DNA of 64,000 nucleotides from Magallana gigas (Eukaryota): NCBI RefSeq assembly GCF_963853765.1, contig NC_088853.1, positions 16,678,001 to 16,742,000 of the forward strand, read 5' to 3'. Shown piece by piece: positions 31,301 to 45,900 of this stretch (position 1 is its first letter; each line of letters starts with the position of its first letter). The notes under the pieces were generated by a model. It saw only the letters and a program-made list of their open reading frames with translations, ran no database searches and was not told where the DNA came from. The position numbers and the translations under genes were made by a program.

Positions 31301-34300
31301 AAGGTAAAAAGTAAATTAATTTCGATTAGCAATACACTTAACAAAGACGTTGTCTTGGTTAAAATCGATGATAAATATTATACCCAAAAGAATAAATGGA
31401 GATGATCTGAAAAAGGTGTGATGGCAGTTTTGCTAAAGGCTGTCATTATACAGATATCTGGGGCACCTCTGCGTTTTAAGAAATTAAGGCAATTTCATAT
31501 ATATATGGGGGAAAATGATATTAATTAAGGTACATTGATATTCTGATAGGAACGAGAACTCTGGAACATTGGATTATTTTTATGTCTTAATTCATTAATT
31601 CAAACTGAAAATTCTGGCAAGTTCAGAATTTTATTATCTTTATACAGAATTGATGGAATTTTTATGTAGACACTTACAACTTATTTAATAAATAATCCAG
31701 TATAGAATTTGTCTTTCTTTGTATATATATAATTATATATATATATATATATATATGTATATAGATCAGAATTTTGAAAACCACCCCTTTGATCATAGAA
31801 AACTGTAGGTTTCCGCATTATGAAAATTGACCGATAAGTTGAGACCCTTGTTTCAGCGTGATTGTCTTAACAAAGAAGATTTGATCATAACAGTTTACTA
31901 ATGTCATTGATTCTCGAAGACGAATAACCGACCCGTGCAAAGACGGCTACAGTGTAGCACATAGGAACGGCTTCCATTGCCAAAGCCCAGCCAGTGTGTA
32001 TCATTACTTTACCTAATGAACACGTGCGTACGTGCAAAATTATCAATATCGTTAATTGCACTCGCGCTATCAGACAAGATCGTTGTCTTGATTATTGTTT
32101 CATTTTTCCCAGCCTTAAGGGAGCTGGATGGTTGTGGCCATTTTAAGACTTTATTAATCTCTTTTAAATGGAGAGCTCTGTATAAAGATTTTTTTTGGAT
32201 TTGTTTCTTTGATGAATAAATGTAATTGTCAAAATTATAGAATGTAAAATTTTAAAGCAGATCTGATGGTTAAATTGTTGACCAGCTATCTTCCTTAATC
32301 TATCCATTTTCGCCAGACTTTATTCTCGCCTCATGCAGTTTAAGGGGGCGTAATGGCTAACAAATTACACACCAGATTAACCTGAAAACTTTGAATATGA
32401 TATTATTGGCTAGAAACAATAAATTTAATTAATAAGAAAAATCCAAATGTTTTTTCTTTAAAAAGGGCTCGATGGTCGTAGCCATTTTTAGACTGTATTG
32501 ACCTCCTTTAAAATAAAAGCTCTAAATCAAAATATAGGAAATGACCCGTAATTCAAAAGTTAAACTATATGGGTTTTTTCCTCCATTTTTGATACTAGTT
32601 TATAGCTGTACAAATCATATATCAATCATATATCTAGTAGCGTATCAGCCCTGATACACGTGTTTTGGACTAGGTGAGACAGCAACCGGAAGCTAGGGCT
32701 GTATCGCCCTCGGGGCTGATATTTCTCTGTCTCAGCCCGTCGTCAAGGGGGTTTATTGCCCTCAAATTTAAAATCGCTAATTCCCAAATATCTCTGCTTT
32801 AAATTAAGACTTGTTTGTAAAATAACGATAGCTGTACAAATCATGTATTAAGATGTTAGGTAGATCTGATGGTTAATCTGTTGTCCACCCAGCCTCCTTA
32901 AATTTTAACATCCTATACCTTAATTCAGAGCTCTTTCTTTAAGGAGATTGATAGAGTCAAAAAATGGCCAATAAGCCCTTTTAGAGCAATATGAGCTACC
33001 AATTTTTTTGTCGGTTATTTTACTTTTGAAAATTGTAATTCACTACCGAAACGAACGAAAAAAAATTATTGTTTATAAAATTCTGTGAGTCATCATTTTT
33101 TTTTTGGGGGGGGGGGGGGGAGGAGGGGGTTGTGAAAAATGCTATCATATCGCTCTAATTGAAGCAAAATTCCATTATTGCCGTTCTGTGTAGAAAAGGT
33201 TAGATATAATGTATCTCTTAGCAAAAAATCTTTCTCCTGATTAAGTTTACTTTCAATTATTTATTATATAGCTCTCAGTTGTATACAAATTTATCACAAT
33301 ACAAATACAATATAATTGTGAATGAATTTAAATCATGCATTTTTGGAACGAATTTAACTAGATTAAAATTAATAAGAGAGTGAAGAGATTCGAATTTGAC
33401 GATAATCGAGTCACACATAGAAAATCGGGTGAAATTATTCTTTATTAATCTCTTTTAAATGGAGAGCTCTGTATAAAGATTTTTTTTGGATTTGTTTCTT
33501 TGATGAATAAATGTAATTGTCAAAATTATAGAATGTAAAATTTTAAAGCAGATCTGATGGTTAAATTGTTGACCAGCTATCTTCCTTAATCTATCCATTT
33601 TCGCCAGACTTTATTCTCGCCTCATGCAGTTTAAGGGGGCGTAATGGCTAACAAATTACACACCAGATTAACCTGAAAACTTTGAATATGATATTATTGG
33701 CTAGAAACAATAAATTTAATTAATAAGAAAAATCCAAATGTTTTTTCTTTAAAAAGGGCTCGATGGTCGTAGCCATTTTTAGACTGTATTGACCTCCTTT
33801 AAAATAAAAGCTCTAAATCAAAATATAGGAAATGACCCGTAATTCAAAAGTTAAACTATATGGGTTTTTTCCTCCATTTTTGATACTAGTTTATAGCTGT
33901 ACAAATCATATATCAATCATATATCTAGTAGCGTATCAGCCCTGATACACGTGTTTTGGACTAGGTGAGACAGCAACCGGAAGCTAGGGCTGTATCGCCC
34001 TCGGGGCTGATATTTCTCTGTCTCAGCCCGTCGTCAAGGGGGTTTATTGCCCTCAAATTTAAAATCGCTAATTCCCAAATATCTCTGCTTTAAATTAAGA
34101 CTTGTTTGTAAAATAACGATAGCTGTACAAATCATGTATTAAGATGTTAGGTAGATCTGATGGTTAATCTGTTGTCCACCCAGCCTCCTTAAATTTTAAC
34201 ATCCTATACCTTAATTCAGAGCTCTTTCTTTAAGGAGATTGATAGAGTCAAAAAATGGCCAATAAGCCCTTTTAGAGCAATATGAGCTACCAATTTTTTT

Positions 34301-35269
34301 GTCGGTTATTTTACTTTTGAAAATTGTAATTCACTACCGAAACGAACGAAAAAAAATTATTGTTTATAAAATTCTGTGAGTCATCATTTTTTTTTTGGGG
34401 GGGGGGGGGAGGAGGGGGTTGTGAAAAATGCTATCATATCGCTCTAATTGAAGCAAAATTCCATTATTGCCGTTCTGTGTAGAAAAGGTTAGATATAATG
34501 TATCTCTTAGCAAAAAATCTTTCTCCTGATTAAGTTTACTTTCAATTATTTATTATATAGCTCTCAGTTGTATACAAATTTATCACAATACAAATACAAT
34601 ATAATTGTGAATGAATTTAAATCATGCATTTTTGGAACGAATTTAACTAGATTAAAATTAATAAGAGAGTGAAGAGATTCGAATTTGACGATAATCGAGT
34701 CACACATAGAAAATCGGGTGAAATTATTCTATGCCACAATAAAATTTTATTTGAGGTAAATTTGAAAATGCTTTGCTTAGTCTGGGACACCCCACCACTG
34801 CTGATTTTTTTCTTTGAGGGGGGGGGGGGGACGAGTTTAATGACAAAAAGTTTAACTTGACAATCGGTATGTTAAAAAAAACTATGAAAGTGAAATGAGT
34901 TTCGGTCATTTTAAAAATGTAGAACCTTTTTTCCTTTCGCACTAAATCTATCGAAAAATGAAGAAATTATAGAGGAAATGATTTCAAAATTTTAGAAGAT
35001 AATGTAATGCTGTAAATTTTGATATACTGGGTGAGTGTAAATACAAATTCTACAACATTACAAATCATATTGTTCATTTTGTATTTACACGTCCACCCAC
35101 CCAGTAAATTAAAAATTTACTACACGAGAGTGAAACATTATCTTTATCTACTTATGTTGTAGTAAATTATGAAGATGGCAGAAACAAAAACTTGACATTA
35201 GAATTTAAATTATCCTATCTTACCTAGCACACTGAATGCCGCCAGTACGAGGAACTTTAGCACTCTCAT
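28302..35269 (-). CDS. Secreted propeptide precursor, 127 aa, from exons 35269-35224 and 28639-28302. Predicted mature C-terminal peptide LMSDCFGSCYRRMQSLIKCKQLCF.
   Basis: Exon 1 MRVLKFLVLAAFSVL with a strong phase-1 donor G|GTAAGA. Acceptor CTTTCGTTTTAG|GT gives GSTLPVKN... in frame with the 28302-28601 ORF. KR and RNRR cleavage sites precede a 4-Cys peptide. Confidence 0.72.
32149..34730. repeat. Head-to-tail tandem duplication of ~1.29 kb (32149-33439 and 33440-34730) containing TTAA-bounded Kolobok-like fragments
   Basis: Both copies begin CTTTATTAATCTCTTTTAAATGGAGAGC and end AAATCGGGTGAAATTATT. By eye they differ only in a G-run length. Confidence 0.9.
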
Positions 35270-36759
35270 ATTCCTCCGCAATATAGTTCCTAGAATCCGT
35301 TTCGTCTGGGGTTTTTTTTCCACCTTTCTTGAGACACCGTTAACTTTTCCCGACCTTCTCTTCTACTTCGCTTTCCCACAAGTCATGATTTGCTGGTGAT
35401 ATGTCGAGAATTTGTCTCTGTCTTTTTTTAATGAAATAAACGAATAATTTTATAGAAATCCCAATATATTCTTAATCAAGTTCTTATGATATTATTTTTT
35501 CTGTTCTGATAAAATAACCAGCTTTCGCCCTCCTTTGGGAAGAAACAGCAGATAATGTATATAATGAGTTTCTACACGGCACAAAACCGAAATATCGCTA
35601 TAACTGTAAAATATTATTGGAAGTATCCACCTAAAGTATTGTTAGCTTCTTAATTCATAACCGAACGAAATTCTGGTAGAACTGACTCCATTTTTGCATG
35701 ATCTGTGCTCTCCGTACATTAAGAGTTTAACAACAAGGTGTGTGAAAATATATACCATCTTACAACCTTGTGTCCGTGATGTCACAATTGCTCGTAACAT
35801 GGAATTTCATTAGTATCATTTCGCGTCATGCCTGCAAGTTGATAATTGGATCAATAAATGATCAAAGCTTTTTTATTCATAAATCATATATAGGAGGAGC
35901 GATGCAATATTTGTCCTTGGGTGAATGGTTTACTTGTCACGTGCTGCTACCTTTTTTGACCAGATCTTTCATGGCATGATAATTCATTAATAATTACAAT
36001 ATTGATCACAATTTGTTAATCATGTAGTCCTGAAATAACACAATAAAATAACAAGATAACAATTGTTGAATTTTTAGTTTTTATGTTTTATATTTCTAAA
36101 TACATTAGTAATACATGGCACAAAGACCATGCAAATGAAGTTCCATGTATTGAAACGTTGTTTCAATGTTGCTTTCAACGTTAAACGTAAGTTAGGTCTT
36201 CAGAGTAAAAACAATGTTGATAATTATATGGTTCAGGTTTCAACGTTGAAAGCCTATCGTTGATTCTATGTTGAATAACGATTGATGAAAGTTGCAACTT
36301 GAATTTCACCATTCCTCAACGCTGAAACACCATGCATTTGTACTGATTAACCTGCTTCACTGCTAATTTTGACACTATTCCAGACTTGCACTTTGCCAGA
36401 ATCTTTTCAAATGTTGTGATTTTTTTTCTTTCGCCTTCTTTATTTTTCCTGATGTTTGACCCTCAAAACACCTTTTTCAATCACATCTTTCATTTCGTAG
36501 GTTTAACTACAAATATTTATTTATACTTTTGAGGCTGACAAGGCGTAGATAATTTCAATAACGATCGAAACTGTTTGCTTTTGACTTGTCAATGAGAGCA
36601 AAGACTGACCAGAATGACGTCAGACTAGAACTTTTATATATTGAATACTGAATAAACAAAAGAAAAGGCTATTCACATCGAACTACTACATTCTAGTAGT
36701 ATAATTTTCGTAGATTTACCTCTACGATATGGTGACAGTTCTCAAATTAAGACTAACAT

Positions 36760-37112
36760 GCAGGCACGTAGCATCGTTTTTGAAAGTGGGGGGGGGGGGG
36801 GGGGGCAGACTCATCCAAAATATCTTAACAAGCGAAAAAAAGAAAAAAAAAAGAGGGAAATTTATAATTCTTCAAATCTTCAAAAACCTAATCCGTGGGG
36901 GGGGGGGGGGGGGGGGGGTGGGGGGGGGGGAGGGGGGTGTCAAGTCCAATCTATAATTTTCTTATTTTCAAAAAAAGGGGGGGGGGGGCAACTCTATGAT
37001 TAATTCAATCTTTTATATGTAAATTTTAAAAAATTAGTTGCTGCGGGAAAAAGTGGGGGGGGGGGGGGGGGGGCATGCCCCCCTGACCCCCCCCCCTGAT
37101 GCTACGTGCCTG
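36760..37112. mobile_element. G-rich MITE, CAGGCACGTAGCATC family
   Basis: TIR CAGGCACGTAGCATC / GATGCTACGTGCCTG with AACATG on both flanks. Confidence 0.6.
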
Positions 37113-39924
37113 AACATGCAGTCAAACTTATTTGAGGTAAACGCTTATAATAACAATTTATTCAGAGTAACTGCCATGTCATTTCATTGCCGTCACAAAA
37201 CTCATCTGATATATGTAACTATCAAAATAGTTCAATGGTCACGGGGTCTTCGCTATAAGCAATACACATGTATTTTACTGTACACTTAGTACTAGTTTTT
37301 CATTAAAGACCAATAATTTTTTTTCCAAATCTTACTTATCTATTACATGTAAAAGTATTAAGGTAAGGGTTCCTAATATTACTATATATTTGACAATGCC
37401 TGCAAGTGCCACCGTTTTAATCTATTTATCTCAACCAAAAGTAGTGAGATTTTGCTGAATTTGTGAAGAACAAACTCATTTTTCATTTTATCAATCATCA
37501 ATATTTACTAGTATAGTAGAAATGAAATACATATGTATTATTTTTTGGATGGTAGTACATATAATACTGAAGTTAAACTTTAGTCAAGATCAAGGGCCAA
37601 CACTGACGGGGAATTCTTTTGTCATCTTTTAGTGAAAAGATTAAACATCATTCAAAATGACCTGAGGATGGTATTATATACCTTTGAAAATGACGGGAGT
37701 TGTACGCAGCTTCATACTTCCATTGCATAGTGCAGGCACGTTAATAAGCATCGCTTTTGAAGGGAGGGGAACCTATATGTACCTCAACATCTTGACAAAC
37801 AGAAAAAAGGACCCTCGCCTCTAAATTCTAATCGGGGTGGTGGTTGAGGGGGTCCTCTACATTCTCGCTAGGGACGTCTACAAATTACAAACAAGCCCTT
37901 AGGACTTTGAGTAACAAACCCTAACGACAGGCCTGAGAAACAAGCTTCTCTAAAGCTTTTTCTACTGTGGCCAGTAGCAGATCTACATGCATTGTCATGA
38001 TCAATGACCTTGGCCTTAGTTAAGCAGACATTTACTTTCGAAGGTCATCAAATACGAAATCAAAAATTACGGAAGGTAAAATCAAGACGGAAAGAGGGCA
38101 ATCAATCTTTTCTTTTAATTTTAATTTTATGTGTATTTTTAGCAACACCCAAAAGGTGTGTTGAGGCGATGTTCAAAATTCAGTTTCATATAATATTTTA
38201 ATTAAAGAAGAATGTCTGCTTCGAAAACAAAAGTTTTAATTGTTACTTTTGTTCTACGTTCCTGTAGTGAGCAGTCTAGACTGCATTATCCCACCTTCCC
38301 TTTAAACTGCAATGACGCGCTTAAGAGATAAATCAAATTTGTTAAAGCTAACGTGTTTTAAAGAATAACGGTTTACATAGAGAAACCCTTTGTAGTTTGC
38401 ATTCGTCTGAAATGATGGAACATAAACCATGCATCTAGTGCAACTAAATTGATTGCAGAGTCATTAATTAGAGCGATGGATGACGTCATCACATAAAGAG
38501 TTACTGTTCTTGAAGAGGACATTAAAAGTCGAACCGGAGAGTGTCGAGTTCATTGGTCCCGATTGGAAAATTACGCGAGTCATATTAACAGCTGATTTAC
38601 GACCAGATGTTTCCACATTTACACCTTCACCCAGCAATTACCTCGATCTTCGTCTAATATGGTGGACACAATAATTAATGAGGATATTTCGTGCAAACAT
38701 TATTTTTCCGGAAAGGCTCAAGAAACCATTATATTGCATGCGTTTTTATTGTTTATTGAGGCATGTCAATTTCTGCGTAATGTTTCGGGGACATCAATGA
38801 AGATACTAGCGGGTGGTAATGATTTTAGCATATTTATTAATATCTGGATGAAAACTGAATATAACGCTTACCTAACGATGGAAGGTCACGACACGAACAT
38901 TTACTACATTCAAATCAAAGTACTGAAAGTATTGATGGGAGCTGATTTGTAATATGAAATGAACGATAATTTTCCATTTCAAGATGGAGATATATAAGGT
39001 TGAATAGTCTTATTTTAAATTGTTACAATTTACAAAGTCTTAAATGAAAAAATTAGTCGTATTTTATGTTAGATCTACCATATGCTGCTGTACCCAACAA
39101 AAAGAAATTATCATACTGGATGAAAATATAATGTAGGTGTCAAAAAATCCTTACGTAAAAATGTATAATTATTTAACCTTTCAGGTTTGAGTCATACTAT
39201 TAAATTAAAAGAATATGCAAGTAGTTACCTATAATTAGACAACGTAATGAAATCATTTCAGAAGTCTCACATTTGAATCACAGTACAAAAACAAAGTTGA
39301 TTTGACAGCTTCAAAATTACACCGAAAATGTGTTTTAGCGGTGCATGCATTTTTTTTTAATTCAAAGCAAAGTCTCATTAAACAAATGTTTACTGAATCT
39401 ATTCAGCATTTTCTTGAGATAGAAGATTCATTCCATAGTTTGTTGAATGAGCTAACCCACTTTTGGCAAGTGGATAAGAGCATTTTCTGTTGGAGGTCAA
39501 TGGATAATCATTTTTTCTTGATAATTCAAAATGGTAACCATTGGTAAATTAGTAATCCATGAACTTAAAAAATCCATTTAAAAAAAAACAAAAATAAAAA
39601 CCACTTCATAACTTCATACTAGATTGGTTTACTCTAAGTTTTTCATCTTGAGTAATAAGAAAAACACAAACAATTTTTTGTTTCAATTCATCATAATATA
39701 AAGGCCCTGTTTTTCTGCAAACAAGAAGATCTTGGTTTCCTTGCTTAACATAAGATGGCCACAATGTGTCAGTTCAAATCTTGGTTTTGGCAATATCCAT
39801 ATGATGAGAAGACAAGATTTTGAAATTAAACAGCATCAGAATTGACCTAGTTTTCTCAGGGCTAGACACAAAAGATGCTAAAACTCATGTGACATAGTTT
39901 CTTCAACTAGAGCCATGCCCACAA

Positions 39925-42900
39925 TCAAGAGCGAACAATGTCTTTCCCCTCCATGATGAGTCGGATTTCCTCCATGTCCAAAGTTTCGTACTTCATTAGC
40001 ATTTCTGCTAGCTTGGTCAGTTTGTCTTTCTTTCTCAGCAGCAGTTTCTTTGTCCGATTGTACGAGTCCTTTAAAGGAACAGGAAAATCAATGTTGTACA
40101 ATATAAATTCATAAAGTGACCAAAGATAAACTTTCCTGTATACATTGTATTTCCAAAGCTTTTCTGGTCATTCTTTTTTTTTTTTTTTTGGGGGGGGGGG
40201 GGGTTAATTCTAATTCTATGGGCAAATTGGATTGGGCTCAGTTTATTTATTATCAAAATTGGTCAAATTTTGAAAATTGGCTGCATTTCTAAATTAGTGC
40301 AATTTTGTTTCAATTTCTTTTTGAAAAATGATCTATTTATATTTAAATTTGTCTTTATAAGACAATAATTTTTACATAAAGAATCCATAGGTTTGGAAAA
40401 AATGAATTATTCATGACTTTTATAAAATAAAAATAAATAAAATGTCCTACTGACATTTATTGATTTATAAGATATTTTAAAATATGCATTTATTCACACC
40501 AAATTTTAAACTTTACACTGTCTTACTTGCAACTAAAACAGATTTTTCAATTTCTCATAAAAAAAACACAAAAGAAGTTCTAGAAAATGATTTAAAGCAT
40601 GTATTCTTCTTTGAACAATTGAATCATGTTTCAGAAATTATATTTTAATAATTTGTAAAATAAAAAATTGGTGCAGCATATTCCACCTTAATGAATTAAT
40701 TTTTTTTTCTATGTTTGATACATGCATACCATAAACCATAAAAAGATTGTCTTATATAAATCAAAACAACTTTCTAGCTATAATGAATAGGGTGATTTTT
40801 AAAATACCTGCAAAAGTTTGTTGACTTCATCATCGACTTCTTTCCTCATTTTCGGGCTCATCATCTGTAGATCTTTCTTGCTGTAGACGCGCATTCCCAG
40901 CTTCAAAATTTGAAATACGAAATGTGTGAAATAAAAGACAAAGGGAGATAATTTTGAGTTTTTATTGATAGGATAAAGAGGGAAAACTCTGAATTCTTTG
41001 GATAAAATTTAAATGCTTTACCAGTAATTGTATTTAATAATGAAAAAAGAAAATTAATACTATTATATCTATAAAAGGTGTAATCTCCGCCACTGCCAGA
41101 TTTGGTCAAATGCTACTACAATGATTCATTTTATTGCAAAATTGAAAAAGGGGAAGAATTCGATTTTTTTAATTTTGATTGAAATATGAAAATTAGAGGG
41201 GTTTTTTTGGTCCAATCTTAAAAAGATACTGCAAATTCCTAATTAGACGCAAGGAATTTATAGCCGCGTAAAATCGTGAGAAGCAAGTCTCGTGATTTTA
41301 AAACCTCGCTTGTATTTGCTGAGAGTTAAGAACTAAAAGAAATAAGGATAAATCTTCTGCGTTCACCATTTTATATTCTTGCAATTTGATACAAAACAGT
41401 GGGAACGCGGAATTATGTGCTCGCGTAATATAAGGAATTTACAGTATTAGTTTTCATTGTTTCTTTGAATCATATTTGCCTACATCTGATTCTCCTTCAG
41501 GAGACACTTTAATTCTCTTTATTTATCTTAGAGCCCTTTTAAAACATTTTTTGCATTTACTGTACATGTTATCTGGCACCATTAATGAATATTCAAAGAA
41601 TTAACATTTTGTTACGCAATCAATTATAGTTTACAAGGATGTCTGAACTTCCAAAAACTAATAAAACACTCGTCCAAAATTATTTTTACATTCTCAGTGC
41701 ATGTACCTGTACATATACAATTTTTGAATACCGGGTAGCTGAAGTCACACTTTTGATCTTATAAACCTGCTCAGTTTGTAAACTTACATTCTCTGACATC
41801 CCATAATACATCACCATCTGCTTGGCAATGGAGGTGGCTGTTTTAAAATCACTGCTGGCTCCTTAAATATACAAAGGAAAAATGCTATAAACATTATTTT
41901 GATATAATATAAATTTGGCTGTGTATTCTATTAAGTTTTTCGCGGAATATTGCGTCCCCTAAATCAAGGGTACTACATATATATTATATAATGCATAACA
42001 GCATTTATATAAGAATACATGATTTAGCTCTGGTTTCATCAAATTTAATTCAGAGCATTGAACACTGAAAACATGGTATATATAAAACACAAAATTATCT
42101 TTATCAATATCTAATATCAAGACCATTTAACAGTTTCATATCAATGCAAAACAATTTCATGTCAAATCAAATTTTCATATAAATATTTAATGCTTTGCAT
42201 TTATGTGATAATGAGATTGCTGTACATGCTTTGTAAATTTTAGCACAATAAAACAATTAATAGACGAAGAAATCACAAATTTTATAAGTTTAGTAGGCTC
42301 AATAACAAATGATATAAGTTTCAGGTCAATTCAGGTCAATGTCACGTTCATATTCTGTACAAATATGTATATACAGATCGAGTTCATTTGTATTCTTAGC
42401 ATTTCACCTGACAATGTACAAAACAAAACAGATAACGCATGTTATTAATATTTATAATGTGAAATATATTATAATTCAACAAAAAATTCAGGTCAGCTCA
42501 AATTTTCAGGTCAATAAAGTTTTCGGGTCTTTTGTATTTCTGTGTCAATAACTGATAATGATGTCATGTTATGATATTTTTCCCACACATTTCACATGGG
42601 AATATAATAATAACTTACATATTGTCATCTTATTAAAAGTAGAACATAACAAGTATTCCTTTTAAAGGAATGATCGGCATGAAATATCATTGGTCAGCTC
42701 TGTTTAATATATAATATACGCAACATGCAGTAAATTATATATAGCACCGTTTTATTAATTTCCGAAATGGCAAGGCATGAATGAGCTTTACTTTTAGTAG
42801 GCAAAATATACTTCTGATTAATATTCTCACGCATATGTGAAAAAAACGTGATTTGAATCATTATGTATGTAACTCTATAAATGTTTTATTTTCAGGGTAA

Positions 42901-45900
42901 ACAGATAAGATTACTGTAAGTTTTAGTAATCTACGTCTAATTAAAGATTTAAATAAGGTTGTCAGTGCATAGTAAATAAAATAGTGCAAGGCGCAATGCG
43001 TGCACAAATAGTTAAATTTGCAGGATGCCTCATATGGACACAACTGTGATCGGCCAAAGCCGATCACAAAAATGTATCATTTACATAAAATTTCAGGTCA
43101 GCTGAAATTTTCAGGTCAATTTAAATTTTCAAGTTTTTCATATTTTTGCATAAACAATTTATACGGATGTCATTTCATGATATTTTTCTACCACATCTCT
43201 TATGAAAATATAATAAATGCACACACAAAGTCATTTTATTTGATGCAGAACATAGAAATGTATCATTTATATATAATTTCAGGTTTTTCAGGTCTTCAGT
43301 ATTTCAGGTCTTTAGTAGTTTAGTGTTAATCTTAAAAGATGACTAGATGCTCATGGCTATTTTTAGATTAAATCTATCTTATATTAATTAAAGAAGAGGT
43401 TTGTACAATTCTAAATTTCAAAGCAAAAATATTACAATTGGCTTAAAATATCATATATAAAATATCTAGATAAATTGGACGGTTGTAATTTGTTGACCAT
43501 CAAGCTTCCTTCATAGATTCAGAAACGTGTCAGAAAATCGAAGTTAACTTCAAAATGAATTTCTGCCAAATATCACACTGTTACACTAAATACACACTAA
43601 ATACATGTATATCTACATTTACTAAAGTTATCTAGCTACCACAGAGTAAGGACGTCTAATTCAATATTTATGTCCATGTATCTTCATTGTACCTTACAAA
43701 AATTTCACAAATAAAAGATAAAAGATTTCATGTGAAATTCACTAAAAGAGAATTTCAAGTAACAATATCTAAGAGCATGATATGACTTTTTATCATCTAG
43801 ACAACAAAACTGTTTATGGTAAAATTCCTTGAAATTCTCTATTAATGTGATATTCATGTTATAAACACTATAACATTTCTTTTTTCATTTATTACTTATT
43901 TTTTATATGACACAATTAACACTTGTTTGAGAAATTAATATACAAGTTGCTAGAAAATCTTGCATATATAATTATATAATTATCATGCACATGATTTTAA
44001 AGATTACCTTGGATTTTAGAACTATTCACCAAAAAACATTTCCTTTAAACTTAAAATTTGACATGCCAGCATTCTATGCTAAATATCATGGATGAAACCA
44101 CTGAAGAAACTCAAAGTAGTAATGAGAGGAGTTAATGCTTAATGCTTGGTAAGAAAGAATGAAGCAACATATTTATATTTATTACTCAAAAGGTGAAACT
44201 TACTTAGTTAAACCTAACCTTGAAGTCTTTGAGAAGCAAAGAGAAATTACTAATGGGAAGATGTTTTAAGAAATGCATTTCCCAAGATTGTTTACATTCT
44301 GCAAAGTTTATAAGTAAAAAGTCCAAATTTAGGTAAAAATTCCCAAAGGTCATAAAAAGTCCAAAGGTCAAAATTTTCAAAGGTTAAATAAGTCCAATGG
44401 TAAATATTTTTTCCCAAATACTAGCAGTCTCTTAGATTCATAAGATCTTGCTTGGAACATTTATTCTTCACCATCAAAGAAGTTTCGTAGACTTATCATT
44501 CGAAAATCATGCATAGGCGCCACAATAAAAACCACCAACCTGTTGTGACTTCATTGGCTCCAAAAATGATTTCTTCAGCGACGCGTCCTCCCATACAAAT
44601 GTCAAGCTCATTCATCAGCTGAGCTCTGCTCTCGTCGTAAAGCTCTGTTTTTGGTAGAAATTGAGTCTGCAAAAAGTTACAATTATACTAGTTAAAATCT
44701 TTAATATTTACAGGACATGGGTAAGATTTTGCAAACAAACATTAAATACAAGCAAATTGATTTATTTTAGCTAAAAAATAGTTAAAGACCAAAGCTTTAT
44801 GCACAAGTAACAGTCGATCGAGTATAGAATATGACTTGATTCAATAATAGATGTCATATTCATTTAAAAAGAAAAAAAAAAAAAGAAAAATCATAAATTG
44901 TAAGTCGAAAAATAACATCATAATGGGGATCTGGTTATTAAATAAAATGTATATGTACCGGTATATGGACAATGTAGATTGCAGACACTCACGTGACCTA
45001 GGGAATGGTTGCCTCCCCTGCTTTTGATGGTGACTTTATACACGTCGGTGACGGAGGTTTTGGACTCCATGCCTACAATGGTGTGCCCCGCTTCATGGAT
45101 GGCTGTGCACCAGTTTACACGTTCGTCTGGAGTGCGGGTCTTTTTTTCTGATCCTGTTAAATGAAATGATAAACTGTACATGACATACAGATATTGGCAT
45201 ATTACGATCTACTGTACACGTAGAAATATTCGCCCCATTTCATTTTCATCCCTTTCACCCTCTGTGTCAATGGGCAAATTCAAATGTCTCAAATTATCTC
45301 TCTTAAAACATGTCAACTCTTATTGTGTGAATTTGAGACAGGACAAAAATTCGCAAATGAGAAAGGTGAAAATAACGGGGTGAAAACAAGTCTGTGTACT
45401 GTAACTTCAATTGAAAAATCTTGAGCCTTACCAGCAGAGTTAACTGTTTAGAAATACAGTTTACAATTTATTCAAATAAGTGGTTTTATTTATCAGAATT
45501 GCAGAATAATCAAGAGCTTCCTAAATAATTACATAATTATGTAAAGGCTACCGCTACAGTCTGCACCTTTAATGAACTTACTGTCTGTATAACTAGAACT
45601 CAGAAACAGTTATCCTTACCCATCAGGATTTTGTCCTTGGCGTAGTTCAGATGACTCATGTTGACTGAGGATACTCCATCTATACCCGCCTTCAGTGCGG
45701 CCTGATTCACCATACTGCTGATGTCAGCACCTGATAGAGGGAAAATTCAGTACTTTCTAAGAATTAACCTTTAGTTTCCCAAACTATGAATTTGAAATCA
45801 ATATGCAACTACGGGTACTAGGTATTTGATCTTTATCTTTAATCATGAATTCATGTATCAACTTAATTGAAAAGTTTAATTATTTCCTTTTTCAAATTTT

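Noticed and set aside
32013-32103. Signal-peptide-like minus-strand exon (MKQ*SRQRSCLIARVQLTILIILHVRTCSL)
   Set aside because: In-frame TAA at codon 4. A cleaner signal exon exists at 35269-35224.
38430-38660. CRE and CCAAT-like motif cluster resembling a promoter
   Set aside because: No linked transcription unit could be established from the sequence alone.
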